DNA of 64,000 bases from Diadema antillarum. Taxonomy: Eukaryota. Each line of letters opens with the position of its first letter. Positions within the stretch are counted from its first letter, which is position 1. Location of the stretch: positions 1,364,001-1,428,000 of the forward strand of contig NW_027270902.1 of NCBI RefSeq assembly GCF_040938485.1, written 5' to 3'. The notes beneath the pieces are model-generated. The model saw only the letters and a program-made list of their open reading frames with translations, was not told the DNA's origin and made no database searches. The translations under genes were made by a program, and so were the position numbers. Positions 13,333 through 26,004 of the stretch are shown piece by piece.

Positions 13333-16300
13333 ATGGCTGAATACATTCCAAGACCTTGTGTATTCTGTGGTCCATCAGGGTCAGGGAAGAGCACTTTGAT
13401 CCAAAAACTCATGGCTGAACACAAGGACATGTTTGGATTTTCCGTCAGCCGTAAGTAATTCTCTTTACAGTAAAATCCACACTTCCGGCATGAAAAGAAC
13501 AAATCTAGACCCAATCTGAAAAAAAGAGAGGTTCATGTAGATGAAGCTTCTTGGTTGTTTCCCCACTGTCTTCCTAAATCTTGCCATGAGGTGAGAGATG
13601 AAGGTTACAAATTGGTTTAATACAAAAAGCACCTCAGAAAGACTTTGACAGGTTGCATCATATTTATATCAGTGCTGGTTTTCTTATCAAATCAATATAT
13701 CTAATATTTGGCATTAATTGATTTTATTGCCTAAATGTCTTCTACTTTCCTTTATTGACCAGTGAGCAATGTGTCAATGAAATTCCACTTAACATTATTT
13801 CAGAAACTGCTCAATACCATATCTAAGAGCTTCTGCAAGAAGTAAAAATAGAAAAAAGAAAAAAAAGATGAATAAATGAGATTCATAGTGCATATTATCG
13901 ACTACCAAACAGTCATTGTTTGTACAGTACAAAGTACTGTAAAAGTGGTTTCTTTCGCGTACAGAAACTTTCGCGGTTTCCATCGGTGCCGACTTTTTCG
14001 CGTGTGTTTAAATTCGCGGTCGGTAATGATAGCGTTGTAACAAGCCACGAGTTCAAAACATTTTCGCGTGATGTTAAATTCGCGGTTCAACCTCAAAGCG
14101 CGAAAATAAAACCACCGCGAAAGAAACCACTTATACAGAAGAGTTCATCAAGAGTACCATAGTTTAGCTTTGTATACTATCAAATGTCTTGAAATGATAA
14201 TATTAATGCCAGCTATAGTGTACCATCCCTAAGAAAATACATGACAAATTTTATTTTATGTTGTCAGATACAACAAGGAAGCCAAGGCCTGGGGAGGAAG
14301 ATGGAGTCCGTAAGTAAAATGCTATCATCACCACTTTAGAGAGATTGTCATATTATAATCTCTTTAGATTGACCATTTCTGTTATTGTTCATTCCAATTG
14401 ACAGTTTGTTCTTTTACAATGTGATACTGAGGTTTGTGTGTTTGTGTGTGTGTTTTTATTGAATTGAGATCCCAAAAATGTTTAATCAAAATGTGACAGA
14501 AGGAACAGCCTGGGTGAATCTAATGTTGCTATCAAAATACAACGTATCTGTTCAGGAATGGCACCTGATTAATACCATTTGATGGCTAATTTTCCAGTTA
14601 GGTCTAACAAAGTTCTGAATAGAACTTTATATACCATGATCTAGTCGTCTTGTTGTTGTTGTTGTTGTTACCCATATGGCGGTCTCTCTCCTCTGTGCAT
14701 TGATCTGAAATCTTGATCCCATATTCAAGGCCCTTGCCTTCTTTTATCACCTCTTCTGTCTTTTTCAAATTCTACTTCAGATTTAATTGCATTTAGTATG
14801 TGAATGCCATCTGTCCATGTTGCAAGGAAATAACTAATTATTTAAAAGCAAATGGAAATTGATATTCACCTTAAATATATCTCATTTTGGTAGAAGAGTC
14901 ACCATCATCTTCCAGTTGCCCTGAAGCAAAACTTTGAAATAATGTTAAAGTCATTAAATACAATTTGCAGATTTTGAAGCAAAAACCCAGCTTTAGTGCT
15001 TAGGGATATTAGCAACCAGTGTAAAAATATTTAGCAGTATAATGAATGTTAAGTTTTGTTAGACAAACTGTGAACATTAGTTATTACAAAATTGTTTCTA
15101 GAATAAACCATCTACTGTTATGGTTTATTGAGAAATATAGTAATATATCCTCACATTTTAGGCTTGATTGCAAAGTTTTTATATGGTACCGATTGGTAGG
15201 ATGTTTTGTGATACAACTGACCTGCACATTGATTCATCAAATTTTTTAAATCACTGCTCCTAGTGGTAAACAATACGTTTGAATTAAAGCTAATTGATCC
15301 TTGGGAAAAATGTCAAATATTTACCAGAAGAGTAGTAGAATTTTGAAAACCTGAGAACTGTCTGTGAAATTAATCTGGTGATTTCTTTTCTTCTTCTTCT
15401 TCTTCTTCTTTAGATTATCACTTTACAACTCGTGAGGATATGGAGGCAGCTATAGCTAATGGAGAATTCCTAGAGAGTGCACAATTTTCTGGCAATTTGT
15501 ATGGAACAAGGTAAGTATTGGTCGTAGAATACTTAGTATTGTTTTCATTACTTGATTTCTGAATGATAATGACTTATGTACTTAAAATGTTCCCATCTCA
15601 ATGTAATTTTAAGCTTGTTAATGTAGGTTTTCATTACCCCCAATTCCTGAATAACGTAAGACCAAAGAGGAAAAAAAAAATCAAACCATCAGGAGAAACA
15701 AAAGATTGATAATTACATGTACTTTGTAACAATGTACAGATTAAAGTATACAATGATAGTAAAGATGGAGTATTGTATAGGAATCTACATGTCTCCATAC
15801 CATTTCCAATCGTTCTCTATGTTTACAGTGTGACAGACAGCACTATTCTCAGGGCATATTGTAGTCTTGATTCCAGTTTGAGTATGTCAATAAATAATAC
15901 AAAGTCACTATACTGTTGTTAAGCCCATCAAAACCTTCAGAGTAGCTTCAGGATCAGTGTGTCTGGGGTGCATTAAGGGCTTAATTTACCATTTGCAGAT
16001 AAAACAAACACCCAGCATTAGTGCTTTGAAATAGTTCTAAAATGTGAGTTAGGGATAGAGAAAAAAAAGACTGTAAAAATTTGAATCGGTAAAATCGATG
16101 TTAAATATATGTGAACAATAGTTATAGTACTTAGAAATGTTTCCAGACTAAACCATCTACAGTTACGGTTTATTGAGAAAATACAGATATCTCCATATAT
16201 TTTAGGCTTTATCTTGAAAGTTTTTATATGATAGGATGTTTTGTGGTACAACAGACCTAAACATATGCATTAAATGTCATATCTTGAAAAAAAATTAAAT

Positions 16301-19300
16301 CACTGTTCTCCAAACTAAACAAGACCTTTAAGGCTATTTAACACATTCCTATTGTCTGTGGATAAGGTAACTCACCAGTCATAGAGTCAGTTTCTCTGGG
16401 AGCAATCATAAACTTCTCATGTATGATCTATGATTTCTTGGACAACTAGGTCAAGCTCTTCTCTCATGACATATATTCCTTAGTCATCAATTTGTATGGA
16501 TCTACCCAGAGTGTTTTTTTATTTACAGTATATCTCATTGTAGACAGCAATGTTGACTGTTTAATTTGGTCATTGTGTGTGATGATAACCTGTGAAAGTG
16601 TGTTATGAATAATCTTTTTTTTTTTTTTTTTTTACAGTGAGTAATTAATTTCATTTATTTGGAATGTGCTTTTAAGAGTATCTTGACTTTACAGTATCTG
16701 TGATGTGTGGGAAGGTGTTCTAGTTTTATTTGGCTACCTTGTTTAACAGGTAGGCCTATGACATGGCCATTGTGGATGTGTTGAAGTGTAATAGTACAAA
16801 TATTTGAGTAATCCCTTACAACTAACCATGAAGCATACTGTCCAGAGTATATTTCTGAAGCCATAAAACATTTCTATTTATGCAGCTGAAGCAGTACCAC
16901 ACATACCGTACTCAAACATGCATGCATTTATAAAGTATATACAAATATACTGTGCCTTGAGAGTTTTTTGTTCAAACCAAGGACAGAGTTGACTCCACAA
17001 TAGTGCTTTAGGAGGCACCATGGCCTACACGGTTTTAACCAGAAACTCAAAATTAGACAGCTGCAGAGTATTTTGTTTTATATTTTGATCAAAACTTTTA
17101 AACAAAAGAAGGGGAAATTTAGTATGTGAGGTGAGAAGTTGTGTGATGGATGTGCTGTTGTGAGGGTTCCTACACTGACCATACAAAGCAGCACTTGATG
17201 GCTGTCAGAATTGCTTTATGATGTCGTGATTGTTTTGTTAAAATTGTTACATGTACATTTCACAGAGTGATGGTAAACAGCAGTGTGCTATGTCAGATTT
17301 GCTCTGTGATGTCACAATTGTTTTGTTAGAAATTGTTACATTTCAAAGAGTGATGGTAAGAAGCAGCACACAATGTGAGAATTGTTTTATATTGTGACAA
17401 TATCTTTGGGACATCATTTCACAAATATGATGTACTATTTGGAAAATGTCATTATAAAAAGTGACATCAAGTGTACAAACAGTATGCCACAGAGAGTCCA
17501 GCATGCCAGCATTCTGACTTAAACTGAAAATGCCTATAATCATGTGAGGCTCTTTCAACCTATCATTAGAGGATGATTTTTTTTAATTCAAAATCATGTA
17601 CCTAAACTACAGTACTTCATACAGAGCACTCAAATTTTACTACTTCTGCCACTTAGGTTTGTGTACTCATGCAAGTGGATAGTAACTCAATTATACAGCT
17701 GGTATGACTAAATTGTGACAAAACTACCTGGATCCAAGTTATGTAATGCTACTAAAAAAAAAAATGCACAGTAGGTTGAGATTATTATGACTCGCTGTGA
17801 ATTGTCTTCACCTGCCTCAACAGATGACTGGATCTTTAAATCTATCATTCATCCAGTGAATGTAAAAAGGGTGTTGACCTCTATTTACATTATATATAGT
17901 GCAGAATCATTTAATTTAGATTGTTGCTGTGTATTATAAAATAATATATATACCCAAACTCTCACCAACTTCATGATGGGCCAGTACTACAGGGTGACAT
18001 GAAGCAAACCAGGGCTTTAGACTATTAATGTGTACAGTTTGTACCCACAGTATAGTGTGTCATGGATAGCAGCTACAGTACATCATATGGAACAGAAAGA
18101 TTATTAAATACTCTGTTTCATCTATAGTATGTGTTAGCATATATTATAAATTTATAGTACTAGATGCAGAGGTTTAACTTGATGTTGCTCTGAACACTGA
18201 AGACCAATGCTGATTTGACTTCATATAGCTCAAAATTAGCATTTGATTTACATGGCTATAATGTTGCTTCAATTGCTTGCACTTTGTAGTTATCGGTATA
18301 ATTATACATACGTACATTTCATTCGAACCAAATTATCACCTTTTTAGATTCTGGTGAACAGTATTGACTATTTCTGCCATGGTAATGAGTAGGGTCATAA
18401 TGCTCGTAGATATTGTTATTGTAATCTTGTACAGTCAAAAACAAATTGATGTCTCTCTCTCTCTCTCTCTGTCTCTTTGCTTCAATATTTTTTTCGTAAG
18501 ATGAATGTCAAAGGAGTATTGATGCAATAAGCAGTACTTTCTTGTGACTATTGGAGCTCTTTTAAATGCCTACTACACGTGTACCCTTTGAGTATTAATG
18601 ATTATAGTACGGATCACTTACAAGTTGCTTTGTGAGATATAAAATGCAAATTTTCACTCCTTTTCTTCTGCAGTATTTTCTTGTGATTTTTTTTAATTAC
18701 TTTTATTTGAAATGAGATTGTTGTGGGGAAACAGTTTTCATCTATCCTATTTGCAGTTTAAGTAAGAAAGAAAAGGAGTCAAAGGGCAACAAAAGGCATT
18801 TTCCATCAAGAACATTGGTGTTATGGTTACCCTGGAGTCAAGTACAACTGAATGGTGCTAAGTGCAGAATAAATTGGAAAAGGAACACAAGATCAACATT
18901 GCTAAATGGCAGCTGCATAAAGAGGGTAGATTCCTGATGGTGTAACAGTGATAACCAGTGATATACTGTACACTGTGTATAATACATGCTTTCACAAATT
19001 GCCACTGGCATTCAATGTATTGTGTAGCCAAAAACTTTTCATGCATTTTCACCAATCTTGGCTCCTCACAAAATTTGTGAAAGTTTCATTAATATGAAAG
19101 TTTCTGATTTGCATTATTCAACTTTAAGACTAAACTTGAATCAAAGAGTCCACAAAGAACAGAGAAAGCAAAACAAAAATGTGTAATGAAGTGCTCATAT
19201 AAGATAATTTAATTGATACTATAGCATCTGTGGCAGATAGCAAGAAGCAAAGAATGTATAGTGTCAAGCCATTTGTGATGACTGTAAAGTAACATTCAGT

Positions 19301-21618
19301 GTATTGTAGAAGAAGCAAATACTCTTATGACTTCAAGAAAAAATAGAACTAGCCAAGAAATGGAAAGAATAGCAGAGGTGAGAGGAAAGTCTGACATCAC
19401 CTCTGACTGGATGATATCCAAGGTTGTGTGTTTGTAATCATGAAGTATTGTGTTATTGTTCACAGACCCATTGTATTCACAGCCCAGTCAACCTTGAGCT
19501 AGTAGTGCCATGCCTGCTTTCATCACGCAGTTAATTTGATTATTTCCCAAGAGCTGCCCCTTGAGGGATGGGGTTGCCATAGCAATGCCCATTCCAAAAC
19601 GTCTACAGTGCCCCATTTGCTGGTTATCACCCCTGAGTATGAAATTACCTTTTCCGTTTCATGTACACGTACAGTGTAATTGCTGCACAGCACTCTCTCC
19701 AGTACATTGTATGATGTCAAGGCAAAAAATGTTCAGTCAAAACTGACAAGCGCTCGTGAAATAAATTACATTGGCAGGTCTTTTGGACAATTTATGGCTT
19801 GGCCATTCTTTCAATGCTTTCAGGCCTTTGATCATTATGCATAGTGCTCTAGAATGCATTCACTGTTCCGTACATGTAATGTTCTTTTTTTTTTCATTAT
19901 TTTGCTTTAGAAAACTTTTTTTTTTTTACTGTACATGTATAGGCCTATTTCATCAGTTTTACTGGTTGCTAAGATGCAGGATAGTGGGCATATTTCATCT
20001 CTTCCTGTTTTAAAGTAATTTTCCACATAAAGCAGTTTATAAAAACAAGAAACTTGCACACTGCATTTCGATGACGTATTTAAATTGGCAGTGATATCAG
20101 TGTGATTTTTTTTTTTGATGTTATGTAAGAATCAGTGTCAGAAGTCTTTTTCTTTTTTGCCATAAAATCAATGATAATGTCATGATTTGATTATAAAAGC
20201 TCATAGAGATATACAATGGCACATTAAAAAACAGAGTGATTTCGTCCTTGGCGTTCAAATTCTGTGTGGCATGTTCTCATGAGTTTTATTAGCGTCATTG
20301 ATCCTGGTAATCAAGTTGTCAAGTTTGGGGACCAGAATATATTCTACTCTTTGCACAAAATTACAGGATACTTCTCATCATTATTATGCTCTGTTAAATT
20401 GTTATCAATCTGTGTAAATTTATACAGATACACGTGCATGTACATAATTTGTACTAAGATGAGAGACCAAGAATTTCATTCTGGCATTTTGTTAAAATGA
20501 TTTTGTATTTTACCTACTTGATAGTGACTTGGACTTGTCAGTAACATGGGTGATGAGGTTATTTCAGTTCCATCAGATGTTGTTTAACAAACTCAAAATC
20601 TGGTGTTGTATGTATTTTACAGCAAGAAGGCCGTACAGGACGTGCTGAATACAAGGCGGATTTGTATTCTCGATATTGATGTTCAAGGAGTGATCAGCAT
20701 CAAGAAGACAGACCTTAAACCAATCTACATCTTTGTCAAGCCTCCTAGCCTCAAGATCTTGGTATGTTACCACCACCATTACATTTGTATTATTTTGCAT
20801 ATATTCTATTAAATAAATCTTTTGCTTATCACCAGTTAGGGCTATCTTTCATGACCAGTTCATCTGTGTAACAACAAACAGTCAAACAAACAGTCAAACT
20901 CTAAAACCCAGCCTGCAAGAGAAAATGACTTTGAGAACAGTGATTCAGAATATACAGCTGTACATCTTTCTATGTACATTAAACCAAGCTGAGAATATGA
21001 AAAAGGGTATCAATTGACAGGCAGCTATTAAAAGAGATTGATAGTGTTATGCCAATGGGGGCAAAAACAGAAATTTTCATAATTTTTATATTGAATTATA
21101 TCTTGAATATCAAGCACTTTCTAGCTTGATATTTTGCAAACATATCGGAATCCATAAAATTGTTTATAGTTTCTAATTAGTACAGTAACCACTGACAAAG
21201 AAAAATCAATGTGCACCATCTTGCTGTCCAAACTAAATAGTCCAATGGTGTGTTTTATTCTAGACTGAGTTTTCATGTATAAAATGGAGAATAGACATGT
21301 GTGAAGAGGAAATAAAAGATTGCACTTCTTTTGATATGGCTTCTGAACATAATTATGTTAATAATACAATCTAGATCCATATCAATGTTTCTAGAAATTA
21401 TGATGCGTAAAAATAAACGTTATTAAACATTCTTATGTCTTTAGAACATACCGTATACCAGGGATGACATCTCATAGTGCTTTGTATCCAGTGGAAAAGG
21501 CACTCTAAAAATATCAACTGCATGTGTTATTATTATTATTATTATCAGTTATTATTATTATTAATGCAATTATTATTGTTATTATTGTCATTATTGTCAT
21601 TATTATTATTGTTATTAC

Positions 21619-21667
<49 letters not shown>

Positions 21668-22659
21668 TAAAAAAAAAAACAACCTAAGACTCTACTTATC
21701 CTTCTGCTCCATAGACAGCTATATGACCCACCCTTTCTGTGAGAGTCTAAACCTTTGTAGCCTTAATCACAGGATCTTGCAGGGTACGTTGGGCATTGGG
21801 TTAAAGGGAGAGATCAAATCCCAGCTGTAGTATATATACACCTTCATTTCGTACAGACTTTTATGAATGTTAGCAGCTGATGATAACTGTATTTGATCAT
21901 TGTCTTCCTGTCTGTGTATGACTGGATAAAACTCAACTCTTCTGTACATTGTGTCTGTAGGAAGAGAGATTACGTGGGAGGAAGACAGATACGGAGGAAG
22001 CCATACAAAAACGACTCGCCACGGCAACCAAAGAACTTGAATACAGTGAGTATGATGATGTATGTGGCCATTGTTTCTCAGAGCTGTGTCTGTATTCTTG
22101 AAAGTAATCTGACAGCTTTAATATAAATCAATCTCAAATTAGACACGTTGCTGTGATGTCCAGATAAAAGCTCAAATACAGCTTTGTATATTCACTTTCA
22201 CTGTGTGTGGTGGAGTTGGGAATGGTATAGGTAGAGCAAAATAAAGGGGGAGAGTAGTGATTAATTTTGAATCCTTACAATGTCATATTGAAGCTGTATG
22301 ATAGTCATGAGGGGGCATGGTATGTGTGAGATGTGAAGTAGATATAGAACTACAACACTCAAATGTGCTGGTAGTCAGTGTGACAAAAGATATGATGTGC
22401 ATGATATATACCCTGCATACCCTTTGTATTGATTGGAAAACTAATAACACTGTATATAACGTGTTTAATTTTTCTTTTCAAGTAAGTCTTTACAAGTGTT
22501 TCTTATTGTGTAAGTGCATGCCTCATGTACATGTAATATCTAGCACTATAAGATGGTGAGTTGCAGTTTGTATTATAGGCAAGTGGATGTATCTAGTTGT
22601 GTGTGTACTTGCTATTTATTAGTGTGTACACTGTGTCATCTTGTGGCCATTGTATGTTG

Positions 22660-22703
<44 letters not shown>

Positions 22704-25700
22704 TGACTTGTTGGTATATGTGACAAATGACTCCTTGCATGAACAAAAAACAAATGGATATCTTTTTTCAGTACAATACATACCTGATACTTTCCTAGAT
22801 TGTGTTCGATCAACTATGAGTTGTTTGATTCTTTTGTAAAAAGTACAAAAAAGAAGTATTCAACAATGATTGTTAATGTAACAGACTTTAAATACATATC
22901 AGGGAATAATTCTCCAACTCAAATTTGATTAGCAATTTCAGCGGGTGATCAATCTGTGCACTTCTATGGAAAAAAACTGCTACACAAAAGATAGTTTGTG
23001 TAGCTGTGGTAAAAAAATGCATAGCAAATTGCGATGCGATACCAGGAAAATTATTCCCTGCATATTGTATATCAATTTATCAACAGTATCCATGATTCAT
23101 ATTATAAACAATCAGAAAGATAAGTAATGAAAAAGAAACTAAGAATTTCTTTAAAAATTTTATTCTTCAGTTTTATCGACAGTATATCTATCGCTTTGCA
23201 AATTGTGACAACACTGTATTATTGTAATAATTTTTCTCTTCAATTTACAGTTAGCAAGGAAGAACCTCTAGAGGGCAGCACATATGTTGTCATAAATGAC
23301 AACTTACAATCGACGTACAGACAGCTCACAGAAATCCTAAATGATGAAATTGTCAGACTAAAGGCAGGCTAAGCAATCAAACAGTTCTGTTCTTTCAGTG
23401 TGCTTTGGTTCAGTAACACAGTTGAAAATAACCAATTAACAATATACAAAATGTAGATAGCCTAGAATGTTGCAATTTTAATGACATATAGACAGAGTAT
23501 TTGATAGTTTTTTTAATGATTACAGTGATAAATACTAATATGTAACAGACAGATGCAGATGAATAATGGAAACCATCAATTGAGGCATTGAGGTTTGGAA
23601 ACAACAAATATGCCATGAACCTCCTGAAATTTTAGTTATGAACACATTTTGATTTTTCACTAATGTAACACGAGTTGTTGTCAGTCAGTTTCATTCATAT
23701 AAATGTAGATTTGTGTCCATTTACAGTGGACTCGGATTATTCTGAAGTCCTCGGGACTGGCAGTTGTTTTTTTTTTTTTCGTTATATCGAAATTTTGTTA
23801 TACCGAACAAATAAACAATGATAAACATGGAGTGGATAATTTTTCGTCCTCATTTTTTACTTTGTTGTAACCAGAATTTTATTATAACCGTGTTCATTAT
23901 TTAGAACGGGAGTGCTCTGTAATTGGACCATATTATAGGAACCAGTTACTTTGTAGATATGTACAAAACTCAGACAATGGTTGTATGTTCTGCAAACAGA
24001 CTATGACTGAGCACTTAAGAGTCATAACCCCTTGTTTATGTGCCTTTAATTCTGGTTTTTTATTTGGGTTTAACTTTTGTCGTGTTTACTTTGCTGTAAG
24101 ATATTCTTGCTGTACATTTCAACCTGTTCCAACAACACTCATTAGCTGCCTTTTTTTACGGACTAAATATTCCATCTGTTAACATTCCCTTCTTGATAAT
24201 TTTTCTGTAGTTACCTTTTAGTTATTATTTAGTCCTGTGTATCAAGTTTTCTGTTTTATTTCACCAATATTTAATTAAATTTTCATTTTGAAGATATGAT
24301 TTTAGTGTTGTTATCACATGGAAATCATAACTTGTTGTAAATCTAGAATGTTAAATAGTGACAAGTATGTGCAGTCAAAGTTGTCTATAGCAGCCACCTA
24401 GAGAAGATGAAAAAAGTAGCTGTTAAAAACAGATGTATATGCTGTATACTGGGTCTTTAATGTGGCTTTCCTCTTGGGGAAAATTTTTTGATGGCTGTAC
24501 GTAATATGGCAGGTGGCCTCTATAGACAGGTGGCTGCTGAGGCAAGCTTGACTGTAATTGTTCTCCCTTCCAGTTTTACAATGATCTAGTTTGTGGAAGG
24601 TTTTACTCTGAAATGAAACCATACTAAACCTCTCTGGATGTGTACACTTGAGGGCCTGAACATCATAAAGTCCATAATAATCTAGACTTGATGCACTAAT
24701 GCTTTTAATGAGTGAAGGTATTTCTGTTACAGCTCAATACCCTGTCACAAAATTCCCATCCATGAAACAACACAAATCATTACTATCTATATTTTCTAAT
24801 TTGGCAATTTATGAGCACTCTTATGCGAATCAGTCATTTCAAGTGCATGCTGAATTGATGTATGCCAAGTAGCAAATTCCAACCATTCTTCTGTAACATG
24901 GTAACCTTAGTCGAGATCACTGTCACCATATCATCTTCAAATGTGGCCAAGGAGAGCATCAATGAGAATAATGGTCCCGAGACATCATCATTCTTATAAA
25001 GTGACATGAACACTTGATTTATGTACCCTACCATGTGTAGAGGCTTTTACAGAAAATAGAAGGAGATATTTTAGTCTGACACAGCTTCATATCAATGTAG
25101 GTTTATCCTGTGTCAAAAATATTGTGATATTGCCATAGCAGAGACAGCACTTGGGCTTAAGTGAGTGCTACAAATTTAAAGAAAAGGGCTCCATGCTACA
25201 TTCACATTACACCATATTCTGGTTTCAGGAAATGTTCATACAGAATAAAGGGGGAATTTTTTAACCAGTTAAGAAGTTTGTCTGATAAAGCAAGAGTTCA
25301 ATCTTCTAAGTACAGCAGTGAAAATTTGATAGAAATGAAGGAAGTTATGATATTGTGGAGTTTTGCTCATTTTCATAAAAATCTTTTTAAGCAGTCAATT
25401 CGAATAAATGAATGAGTTGAGGATGTCATCACCATACAATTTACCATGTAGTTTTACACAAAATCTTGCTTTAATTTTCTAGCTTTATTGTTCAAACTTG
25501 CTTATGTTTTAGTCTCATACCCTAATACAGTTGTATATGCTGTACATCTACCCAAGTATTCTGGTTATTCAACCAGGAAAAACATTATTTTTTGAACTTT
25601 AATAGCAGAAAATTTTTGATTTTTGTCAGTTTATTGTATAAGATCAAAGGAAATTTTGAGATAATGTCATCATCAGTTCACTCATTTGCATATCTGCTTT

Positions 25701-26004
25701 TTCATATTTTCATATCTTTGCTAATTTTTGTCAAATTTTGATCAAATTTTTACATCTTACTATTTCTTTTTGGAGATTAAGTTTGAATGGGTTTTAAATT
25801 CCACTGTAGGTCATAGATGAATTTCATTTTAAAGTTGAATTTGTTTCTTCTTTACTTTTCTCCCCGACAGTCAACAAGGAGACCGATAGCCAGGGAACTT
25901 TCATCATCGTGAATGATGATGTGGATGTCGCATATGAACAAATCAAAGGTATCCTCAGCACTGATATCATCAAATTGCGTGACCTGAAATTCAAGACCAA
26001 GTGA
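13333..26004 (+). CDS. GUK1: Guanylate kinase, spliced. Shared coding exons 13333-13450, 14268-14309, 15414-15510, 20623-20761, 21961-22045, then either terminal exon A 23251-23372 (200 aa) or terminal exon B 25871-26004 (204 aa)
   Basis: Joined translation [27 protein letters not shown]...[26 protein letters not shown]...[10 protein letters not shown]...[10 protein letters not shown]...IFVKPPSL...[19 protein letters not shown]. It contains the P-loop GPSGSGKS, the guanylate kinase signature SHTTRxPRxGExDGxHYHF, the YGTS motif and the LID arginines. All introns are GT-AG with matching phases (1,1,2,0,1). Confidence 0.96.
13935..14140. mobile_element. TA-flanked MITE with CTGTA...TACAG ends, CGCG-rich
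   Basis: TIR tactgtaaaagtggtttctttcgcg / cgcgaaagaaaccacttatacag. Related elements at 57259-57500, 58676-58886 and a decayed copy near 18963-19110. Confidence 0.8.
15098..16310 (+). repeat. Pair of ~165-bp diverged direct repeats (15098-15262 and 16143-16310) bracketing the GUK1 exon at 15414
   Basis: Both contain taaaccatctac.gtta.ggtttattgagaaa...ttttaggctt...aaagtttttatatg...taggatgttttgtg.tacaac.gacct...taaatcactg. Confidence 0.75.
21527..21666. repeat. (TTA)n microsatellite, imperfect
   Basis: Direct inspection; explains the poly-Leu ORF 21477-21830. Confidence 0.95.
22661..22700. repeat. (TG)n microsatellite
   Basis: About 20 TG units. Confidence 0.95.
23251..23372 (+). CDS. GUK1: GUK1 alternative terminal exon A: (I)[39 protein letters not shown]
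   Basis: Acceptor tttttctcttcaatttacag. Phase 1 matches the donor at 22045. Matches the guanylate kinase C-terminal pattern (hydrophobic strand-N-D-x-L...A/T-Y-x-x-L...I-L). TAA at 23370-23372. Confidence 0.85.
23722..23921 (+). mobile_element. pogo/Tigger-like MITE (TA-CAGT...TG-TA), copy 1, in the 3' region of GUK1 exon A
   Basis: tacagtggactc ... gagtgctctgta. A homologous copy lies at 34096-34291. Confidence 0.75.
24372..24554. mobile_element. Tigger-like MITE
   Basis: cagtcaaagttgtctatagcagccacct ... aggtggctgctgaggcaagcttgactg-ta. Confidence 0.6.
25871..26004 (+). CDS. GUK1: GUK1 alternative terminal exon B: (I)[43 protein letters not shown]
   Basis: Long polypyrimidine acceptor ttgtttcttctttacttttctccccgacag. 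Phase 1 matches the donor at 22045. The [14 protein letters not shown] segment matches the guanylate kinase C-terminus. TGA at 26002-26004. Confidence 0.88.

Noticed and set aside
21477-21830. 117-aa poly-Leu ORF resembling a signal or transmembrane peptide
   Set aside because: It is the translation of a (TTA)n microsatellite in a GUK1 intron.
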